A DNA stretch of 22,692 bases from Paramoeba atlantica (GCA_977017575.1 CDRNVI010000107.1:1-22692); one strand, 5' to 3'; positions 1-7,696 are shown, counted from the stretch's first letter. Made by a program: numbers and translations. Notes: generated by a model from the sequence alone, not told the origin.

Positions 1-22
1 AGAGAGAGAGAGAGAGAGAGAG
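1..22. repeat. (AG)n microsatellite, truncated by window start
   Basis: 11 AG. Confidence 0.97.
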
Positions 23-104
23 GGAGATACGGAACGTAAAAAATAGGTAGCCTCAATTGTGGTCCCGGTGAGGCCCCGGAGTTGCGAGAAGCCTCCATAC
101 CCCA

Positions 105-180
105 CAACTACCACCTTCCCCCCCTATTTAGCGGGGGTCGCGCAAGCGACCCCTGATAAATGGGGGGAAGGTGGTAGTTG
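105..180. repeat. Long inverted repeat / hairpin with GCAA loop (unit 1)
   Basis: CAACTACCACCTTCCCCCC(CT)ATTTA-GCGGGGGTCGC-GCAA-GCGACCCCTGA-TAAATGGGGGGAAGGTGGTAGTTG. Confidence 0.93.
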
Positions 181-501
181 TTTTGGGGGAAATGAGAGGC
201 CGAACGCACGGAAGGGCCGGCCGGGCCATTGAGTCACGTCAAAGTGTGACGCTGAGTTCGTGGGAAGCAATTTGCGAAGCCCTAGGTGATGCTCAGTTGT
301 ATTGGGCGACACCGAGACAAACCACGGAAATCCCAGATACGACAAGGTCTAGATATCATAAAGAGAGAAAAAACCGGAGCTGTAGACGCGAAAAAGAATG
401 ACAGAGATATAACAATGCGATATGCGACCGATGAGTTGAGTCGATGCGTGTGCTGACTCTACCTTCCACCGTCATTCACAGAAAATTAACAAAAAATGTA
501 T

Positions 502-709
502 TATGACAGATAAGGGTGCAGTATGACAGATAAGGGTGCGGCTTATATGACAGATAAGGGTGCAGTATGACAGATAAGGGTGCATTATGACAGATAAGGG
601 TGCAGTATGACAGATAAGGGTGCAGTATGACAGATAAGGGTGCAGTATGACAGATAAGGGTGCATTATGACAGATAAGGGTGCGAGTTTCTATGACAGAT
701 AAGGGTGCG
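502..709. repeat. 20-bp minisatellite (TATGACAGATAAGGGTGCAK), 10 copies (unit 1)
   Basis: Invariant 18-nt core TATGACAGATAAGGGTGC with linkers AG or AT, and two longer linkers GGCTTA and GAGTTTC. Confidence 0.97.
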
Positions 710-1312
710 GGTGCCCCGGCTTCGAATACGCGGAACGCTTCTGACCACACCTTTGTCTGCGGGGGAAAACCTCCGAATGCGTTGTGGGTCGATCAGTAAA
801 CGGAAATCTTCCTTAGATGGGAGCTTACGTGTGTTAGGCTATCTGTTCGATACACCGCAGCAGCGAGGTGACACCTCTCGATGCCAGAGGATTCCGCTTC
901 CTTGGTTTGCAGACGTTACATCCATCCCACCACCTGCTCCAGTAGCGTGGCACCGCACTTCCTGACGGGGAGTATGGGGATGTAAAGGCACCTATGCCAT
1001 ATCGATACTCCACAGAGTATCGACCGTTCAGCGACCAGGCACTTTCCTCCAAGTTTCCCTGCTTTCTCAGGGGAGGCGACATCATTGAACAAGGGTAACC
1101 GCCTGTTTTACATACATTCATACATACAAAGGCATCTATGCGCCCTGTATTATAAAGCCGTACGTAAAAATCACAGCGTCCCGAGGACTCAATGCCGATT
1201 CGAAACGCAACTAGGCCCTTGAGGTGAGAGAGGCAAAGACGACATTGAAGAAAATCTCGTGAAACGTCGTGAAAGGTCGTCGAAACCTCACCACCTGATT
1301 CCTCTTGCATTT

Positions 1313-1317
1313 AAAAA
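1313..1317 (-). terminator. Pol III oligo-T terminator of 5S (present in every unit)
   Basis: TTTTT on the minus strand at and immediately after the 5S 3' end. Confidence 0.85.
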
Positions 1318-1435
1318 GAGTACAACACTCAGGGTTCCCGAGCGATCGCTCACCTCAGTACTAACTGAGCCTGACGGTGCTTAACTTCACAAAGCGAACG
1401 GGATGTGGTGTTTTCACCGTAGTATGGTCGTACCC
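1317..1435 (-). rRNA. 5S rRNA (unit 1)
   Basis: Minus strand reads GGGTACGACCATACTACGGTGAAAACACCACATCCCGTTCGCTTTGTGAAGTTAAGCACCGTCAGGCTCAGTTAGTACTGAGGTGAGCGATCGCTCGGGAACCCTGAGTGTTGTACTCT, 119 nt. Helix I (GGGTACGAC/GTTGTACTC), GAAGTTAAGC, GTTAGTAC and GGGAAC hallmarks are present, the ends resemble kinetoplastid 5S, and an oligo-T follows. Confidence 0.97.
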
Positions 1436-1534
1436 GGCGTAACTTGTGAAATCCCCACTATGAAAGAAATATTTTCCACGACAATCTGCCTCATCCTGAG
1501 TGTCCCACAGAGGCGCTACTCACCATGTTTACGC

Positions 1535-1545
1535 TAGCGCAGTGG
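1535..1545 (+). promoter_or_regulatory. Pol III A box pointing away from 5S, starting 100 bp from the 5S +1 (unit 1; repeated in all units)
   Basis: TAGCGCAGTGG fully matches TRGCNNAGYGG; 1535-1435=100. Confidence 0.6.
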
Positions 1546-1585
1546 CTTCCGGGGTTTTTATCATTCGAAAAGGTCACACGGGCTG

Positions 1586-1597
1586 AGGATCGAACCT
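1586..1597. promoter_or_regulatory. Quasi-palindromic Pol III B box (unit 1; repeated in all units)
   Basis: GATCGAACC on + and GTTCGATCC on - both fit GWTCRANNC; lies 41 nt after the + strand A box. Confidence 0.55.
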
Positions 1598-1656
1598 CCG
1601 TGCAAGTGTTTTGACATTCAGCACATGGCTACAGTTTGCCACGTGTTGCGAAAATT

Positions 1657-1732
1657 GACGGGGCGGGAATCGAACCAGGAGTTTGGTTCGTCAGTCTCAG
1701 AAAAGCACGCCCTGCCACTAGACAAGTTTCCA
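1657..1732 (-). promoter_or_regulatory. tRNA-like element with A box (1725-1715) and B box (1676-1666), divergent from the SL gene (unit 1)
   Basis: Minus strand TGGAAAC-TTGTCTAGTGG-CAGGGCG...CCT-GGTTCGATTCC-CGCCCCGTC. The B box is perfect, the A box is good, and the 38-nt gap is tRNA-like. Acceptor, anticodon and T stems do not pair, so it is not a functional tRNA. The A box starts 100 bp from the SL +1 (1825). Confidence 0.7.
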
Positions 1733-1824
1733 GGTTGCATTTTGGGCTAAGACTCGTGGAACAACAAGTTCATCAGTTTGACAAAAGCGAACAATGAGCT
1801 CTGGTGGTTGGTAAAGCCCTTGTT

Positions 1825-1933
1825 AACTTTAACGATAAAGATACAGTTTCTGTACCTTGTTGGTATGAGAAGCTTCGAACTCTAAGTTCGCTTGAAGGCC
1901 CCGGTTCCCGAGAAGGGAACTGGGGCTTATTTG
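1825..1933 (+). ncRNA. Spliced-leader (SL / mini-exon) RNA gene, euglenozoan type (unit 1); exon ~1825-1862, donor GT at 1863; 3' end uncertain
   Basis: AACT start, conserved ACAGTTTCTGTAC core and TTG|GTATGAGAAGC donor junction as in kinetoplastid/diplonemid SL RNAs. Stem-loop I (GTTTCTGTAC with GTATGAGAAGC) is intact. Further hairpins: CGAACT-CTA-AGTTCG (1876-1890) and a 12-bp stem GCCCCGGTTCCC-GAGAA-GGGAACTGGGGC (1898-1926). Confidence 0.88.
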
Positions 1934-2515
1934 CGTTACAATAACTCTGTCACCAGGCAGTCTGACTCGCAAAATCGGACTCCACCGATAAATAGGCAGG
2001 ATGGCATGTTCATTAACGTCTGAAAATCTGCGGCACCGCAATTTAAATCTGCACCCATCCTAACACATCACACAATATATCAACCAATCTTCTCGGTCAT
2101 CCGCAATCCCGGTCAATGCCTCCTACAAAGATCTCAACGACACCTATAATCAGGCCAGCAATCGTGGAAAATTTGTGCAAATCCAATATATGCATGAACA
2201 CCCTCACGGGTGGACCTTGTTTATCATACGCTCATTGGCGCAGAGATATTCCCCTTAATGCGACGGTCGATATCATCGGCACATGATCCGCCCACAACGG
2301 ATGTCGCACCAAGGGGCATTTGGAACGATAACACGAGGCAGAGTCACGCACAGCGGTACTCAAGGGGAAGTCTCAAGGGAAAAAAGCTCACTCAAAGAGT
2401 GAGCCGGGGAGGGGTAATGGGAAGCGCGTCCCCTGCTTCACCGAAGAAAGAGGGGCAGTTTCGCCCTTACTGCCGGCCGGCAACGGGCATGTAACAGTAA
2501 GACTCTTCCCGGTGC

Positions 2516-2518
<3 letters not shown>

Positions 2519-2578
<60 letters not shown>
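2519..2578. repeat. (AG)30 microsatellite
   Basis: Pure AG run. Confidence 0.97.
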
Positions 2579-2582
<4 letters not shown>

Positions 2583-2659
2583 TACGGAACGTAAAAAATA
2601 GGTAGCCTCAATTGTGGTCCCGGTGAGGCCCCGGAGTTGCGAGAAGCCTCCATACCCCA

Positions 2660-2735
2660 CAACTACCACCTTCCCCCCCTATTTAGCGGGGGTCGCGCAA
2701 GCGACCCCTGATAAATGGGGGGAAGGTGGTAGTTG
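2660..2735. repeat. Long inverted repeat (unit 2)
   Basis: As 105-180. Confidence 0.93.
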
Positions 2736-3056
2736 TTTTGGGGGAAATGAGAGGCCGAACGCACGGAAGGGCCGGCCGGGCCATTGAGTCACGTCAAAGT
2801 GTGACGCTGAGTTCGTGGGAAGCAATTTGCGAAGCCCTAGGTGATGCTCAGTTGTATTGGGCGACACCGAGACAAACCACGGAAATCCCAGATACGACAA
2901 GGTCTAGATATCATAAAGAGAGAAAAAACCGGAGCTGTAGACGCGAAAAAGAATGACAGAGATATAACAATGCGATATGCGACCGATGAGTTGAGTCGAT
3001 GCGTGTGCTGACTCTACCTTCCACCGTCATTCACAGAAAATTAACAAAAAATGTAT

Positions 3057-3264
3057 TATGACAGATAAGGGTGCAGTATGACAGATAAGGGTGCGGCTTA
3101 TATGACAGATAAGGGTGCAGTATGACAGATAAGGGTGCATTATGACAGATAAGGGTGCAGTATGACAGATAAGGGTGCAGTATGACAGATAAGGGTGCAG
3201 TATGACAGATAAGGGTGCATTATGACAGATAAGGGTGCGAGTTTCTATGACAGATAAGGGTGCG
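3057..3264. repeat. 20-bp minisatellite, 10 copies (unit 2)
   Basis: As unit 1. Confidence 0.97.
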
Positions 3265-3871
3265 GGTGCCCCGGCTTCGAATACGCGGAACGCTTCTGAC
3301 CACACCTTTGTCTGCGGGGGAAAACCTCCGAATGCGTTGTGGGTCGATCAGTAAACGGAAATCTTCCTTAGATGGGAGCTTACGTGTGTTAGGCTATCTG
3401 TTCGATACACCGCAGCAGCGAGGTGACACCTCTCGATGCCAGAGGATTCCGCTTCCTTGGTTTGCAGACGTTACATCCATCCCACCACCTGCTCCAGTAG
3501 CGTGGCACCGCACTTCCTGACGGGGAGTATGGGGATGTAAAGGCACCTATGCCATATCGATACTCCACAGAGTATCGACCGTTCAGCGACCAGGCACTTT
3601 CCTCCAAGTTTCCCTGCTTTCTCAGGGGAGGCGACATCATTGAACAAGGGTAACCGCCTGTTTTACATACATTCATACATACAAAGGCATCTATGCGCCC
3701 TGTATTATAAAGCCGTACGTAAAAATCACAGCGTCCCGAGGACTCAATGCCGATTCGAAACGCAACTAGGCCCTTGAGGTGAGAGAGGCAAAGACGACAT
3801 TGAAGAAAATCTCGTGAAACGTCGTGAAAGGTCGTCGAAACCTCACCACCTGATTCCTCTTGCATTTAAAA

Positions 3872-3990
3872 AGAGTACAACACTCAGGGTTCCCGAGCGA
3901 TCGCTCACCTCAGTACTAACTGAGCCTGACGGTGCTTAACTTCACAAAGCGAACGGGATGTGGTGTTTTCACCGTAGTATGGTCGTACCC
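3872..3990 (-). rRNA. 5S rRNA (unit 2)
   Basis: Identical to unit 1 copy. Confidence 0.97.
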
Positions 3991-4089
3991 GGCGTAACTT
4001 GTGAAATCCCCACTATGAAAGAAATATTTTCCACGACAATCTGCCTCATCCTGAGTGTCCCACAGAGGCGCTACTCACCATGTTTACGC

Positions 4090-4280
4090 TAGCGCAGTGG
4101 CTTCCGGGGTTTTTATCATTCGAAAAGGTCACACGGGCTGAGGATCGAACCTCCGTGCAAGTGTTTTGACATTCAGCACATGGCTACAGTTTGCCACGTG
4201 TTGCGAAAATTGACGGGGCGGGAATCGAACCAGGAGTTTGGTTCGTCAGTCTCAGAAAAGCACGCCCTGCCACTAGACAA
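4090..4280. promoter_or_regulatory. Bidirectional A/B-box cassette between 5S and SL (unit 2)
   Basis: Same sequence as 1535-1725. Confidence 0.6.
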
Positions 4281-4379
4281 GTTTCCAGGTTGCATTTTGG
4301 GCTAAGACTCGTGGAACAACAAGTTCATCAGTTTGACAAAAGCGAACAATGAGCTCTGGTGGTTGGTAAAGCCCTTGTT

Positions 4380-4488
4380 AACTTTAACGATAAAGATACA
4401 GTTTCTGTACCTTGTTGGTATGAGAAGCTTCGAACTCTAAGTTCGCTTGAAGGCCCCGGTTCCCGAGAAGGGAACTGGGGCTTATTTG
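4380..4488 (+). ncRNA. SL RNA gene (unit 2)
   Basis: Same sequence as unit 1 copy. Confidence 0.88.
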
Positions 4489-5070
4489 CGTTACAATAAC
4501 TCTGTCACCAGGCAGTCTGACTCGCAAAATCGGACTCCACCGATAAATAGGCAGGATGGCATGTTCATTAACGTCTGAAAATCTGCGGCACCGCAATTTA
4601 AATCTGCACCCATCCTAACACATCACACAATATATCAACCAATCTTCTCGGTCATCCGCAATCCCGGTCAATGCCTCCTACAAAGATCTCAACGACACCT
4701 ATAATCAGGCCAGCAATCGTGGAAAATTTGTGCAAATCCAATATATGCATGAACACCCTCACGGGTGGACCTTGTTTATCATACGCTCATTGGCGCAGAG
4801 ATATTCCCCTTAATGCGACGGTCGATATCATCGGCACATGATCCGCCCACAACGGATGTCGCACCAAGGGGCATTTGGAACGATAACACGAGGCAGAGTC
4901 ACGCACAGCGGTACTCAAGGGGAAGTCTCAAGGGAAAAAAGCTCACTCAAAGAGTGAGCCGGGGAGGGGTAATGGGAAGCGCGTCCCCTGCTTCACCGAA
5001 GAAAGAGGGGCAGTTTCGCCCTTACTGCCGGCCGGCAACGGGCATGTAACAGTAAGACTCTTCCCGGTGC

Positions 5071-5073
<3 letters not shown>

Positions 5074-5133
<60 letters not shown>
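5074..5133. repeat. (AG)30 microsatellite
   Basis: Pure AG run. Confidence 0.97.
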
Positions 5134-5139
<6 letters not shown>

Positions 5140-5216
5140 TACGGAACGTAAAAAATAGGTAGCCTCAATTGTGGTCCCGGTGAGGCCCCGGAGTTGCGAG
5201 AAGCCTCCATACCCCA

Positions 5217-5292
5217 CAACTACCACCTTCCCCCCCTATTTAGCGGGGGTCGCGCAAGCGACCCCTGATAAATGGGGGGAAGGTGGTAGTTG
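5217..5292. repeat. Long inverted repeat (unit 3)
   Basis: As 105-180. Confidence 0.93.
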
Positions 5293-5613
5293 TTTTGGGG
5301 GAAATGAGAGGCCGAACGCACGGAAGGGCCGGCCGGGCCATTGAGTCACGTCAAAGTGTGACGCTGAGTTCGTGGGAAGCAATTTGCGAAGCCCTAGGTG
5401 ATGCTCAGTTGTATTGGGCGACACCGAGACAAACCACGGAAATCCCAGATACGACAAGGTCTAGATATCATAAAGAGAGAAAAAACCGGAGCTGTAGACG
5501 CGAAAAAGAATGACAGAGATATAACAATGCGATATGCGACCGATGAGTTGAGTCGATGCGTGTGCTGACTCTACCTTCCACCGTCATTCACAGAAAATTA
5601 ACAAAAAATGTAT

Positions 5614-5821
5614 TATGACAGATAAGGGTGCAGTATGACAGATAAGGGTGCGGCTTATATGACAGATAAGGGTGCAGTATGACAGATAAGGGTGCATTAT
5701 GACAGATAAGGGTGCAGTATGACAGATAAGGGTGCAGTATGACAGATAAGGGTGCAGTATGACAGATAAGGGTGCATTATGACAGATAAGGGTGCGAGTT
5801 TCTATGACAGATAAGGGTGCG
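5614..5821. repeat. 20-bp minisatellite, 10 copies (unit 3)
   Basis: As unit 1. Confidence 0.97.
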
Positions 5822-6428
5822 GGTGCCCCGGCTTCGAATACGCGGAACGCTTCTGACCACACCTTTGTCTGCGGGGGAAAACCTCCGAATGCGTTGTGGG
5901 TCGATCAGTAAACGGAAATCTTCCTTAGATGGGAGCTTACGTGTGTTAGGCTATCTGTTCGATACACCGCAGCAGCGAGGTGACACCTCTCGATGCCAGA
6001 GGATTCCGCTTCCTTGGTTTGCAGACGTTACATCCATCCCACCACCTGCTCCAGTAGCGTGGCACCGCACTTCCTGACGGGGAGTATGGGGATGTAAAGG
6101 CACCTATGCCATATCGATACTCCACAGAGTATCGACCGTTCAGCGACCAGGCACTTTCCTCCAAGTTTCCCTGCTTTCTCAGGGGAGGCGACATCATTGA
6201 ACAAGGGTAACCGCCTGTTTTACATACATTCATACATACAAAGGCATCTATGCGCCCTGTATTATAAAGCCGTACGTAAAAATCACAGCGTCCCGAGGAC
6301 TCAATGCCGATTCGAAACGCAACTAGGCCCTTGAGGTGAGAGAGGCAAAGACGACATTGAAGAAAATCTCGTGAAACGTCGTGAAAGGTCGTCGAAACCT
6401 CACCACCTGATTCCTCTTGCATTTAAAA

Positions 6429-6547
6429 AGAGTACAACACTCAGGGTTCCCGAGCGATCGCTCACCTCAGTACTAACTGAGCCTGACGGTGCTTAACTTC
6501 ACAAAGCGAACGGGATGTGGTGTTTTCACCGTAGTATGGTCGTACCC
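6429..6547 (-). rRNA. 5S rRNA (unit 3)
   Basis: Identical to unit 1 copy. Confidence 0.97.
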
Positions 6548-6646
6548 GGCGTAACTTGTGAAATCCCCACTATGAAAGAAATATTTTCCACGACAATCTG
6601 CCTCATCCTGAGTGTCCCACAGAGGCGCTACTCACCATGTTTACGC

Positions 6647-6837
6647 TAGCGCAGTGGCTTCCGGGGTTTTTATCATTCGAAAAGGTCACACGGGCTGAGG
6701 ATCGAACCTCCGTGCAAGTGTTTTGACATTCAGCACATGGCTACAGTTTGCCACGTGTTGCGAAAATTGACGGGGCGGGAATCGAACCAGGAGTTTGGTT
6801 CGTCAGTCTCAGAAAAGCACGCCCTGCCACTAGACAA
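6647..6837. promoter_or_regulatory. Bidirectional A/B-box cassette (unit 3)
   Basis: Same sequence as 1535-1725. Confidence 0.6.
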
Positions 6838-6936
6838 GTTTCCAGGTTGCATTTTGGGCTAAGACTCGTGGAACAACAAGTTCATCAGTTTGACAAAAGC
6901 GAACAATGAGCTCTGGTGGTTGGTAAAGCCCTTGTT

Positions 6937-7045
6937 AACTTTAACGATAAAGATACAGTTTCTGTACCTTGTTGGTATGAGAAGCTTCGAACTCTAAGTT
7001 CGCTTGAAGGCCCCGGTTCCCGAGAAGGGAACTGGGGCTTATTTG
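6937..7045 (+). ncRNA. SL RNA gene (unit 3)
   Basis: Same sequence as unit 1 copy. Confidence 0.88.
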
Positions 7046-7627
7046 CGTTACAATAACTCTGTCACCAGGCAGTCTGACTCGCAAAATCGGACTCCACCGA
7101 TAAATAGGCAGGATGGCATGTTCATTAACGTCTGAAAATCTGCGGCACCGCAATTTAAATCTGCACCCATCCTAACACATCACACAATATATCAACCAAT
7201 CTTCTCGGTCATCCGCAATCCCGGTCAATGCCTCCTACAAAGATCTCAACGACACCTATAATCAGGCCAGCAATCGTGGAAAATTTGTGCAAATCCAATA
7301 TATGCATGAACACCCTCACGGGTGGACCTTGTTTATCATACGCTCATTGGCGCAGAGATATTCCCCTTAATGCGACGGTCGATATCATCGGCACATGATC
7401 CGCCCACAACGGATGTCGCACCAAGGGGCATTTGGAACGATAACACGAGGCAGAGTCACGCACAGCGGTACTCAAGGGGAAGTCTCAAGGGAAAAAAGCT
7501 CACTCAAAGAGTGAGCCGGGGAGGGGTAATGGGAAGCGCGTCCCCTGCTTCACCGAAGAAAGAGGGGCAGTTTCGCCCTTACTGCCGGCCGGCAACGGGC
7601 ATGTAACAGTAAGACTCTTCCCGGTGC

Positions 7628-7630
<3 letters not shown>

Positions 7631-7692
<62 letters not shown>
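7631..7692. repeat. (AG)31 microsatellite
   Basis: Pure AG run. Confidence 0.97.

Positions 7693-7696
<4 letters not shown>

Noticed and set aside
396-485. Single-hairpin H/ACA (SLA1-like) guide: GAATGAC/GTCATTC stem followed by ACA, and ACAGAAA complementary to the SL core
   Set aside because: No properly placed bipartite pseudouridylation pocket for the SL target; a 7-nt match is expected by chance
502-709. 20-bp repeat as a CRISPR array
   Set aside because: No unique spacers (linkers of 2-7 nt), no cas genes, eukaryotic context
844-854. Isolated B-box-like GTTCGATAC
   Set aside because: No matching A box or nearby candidate gene; the motif is short enough to occur by chance
1657-1732. 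Functional tRNA gene
   Set aside because: Acceptor, anticodon and T stems do not pair, and there is an internal TTTT on the coding strand; kept only as a promoter-like element
1738-1760. U2 snRNA-like TTTTGGGCTAAGA and ATCTTCTCGG (~2087) motifs
   Set aside because: Short isolated matches ~340 bp apart and in the wrong order, with no continuation into the U2 sequence
1825-1862. Site-specific retrotransposon (SLACS/CRE/CZAR-type) insertion in the SL gene
   Set aside because: SL exon and donor are uninterrupted in all nine copies; no reverse-transcriptase ORF or poly-A tail
124-2669. All ORFs of the six-frame track (64-158 aa), repeated in each unit
   Set aside because: No recognisable domains; several are translations of the minisatellite or (AG)n; they overlap each other and RNA genes; identity between copies simply reflects unit identity
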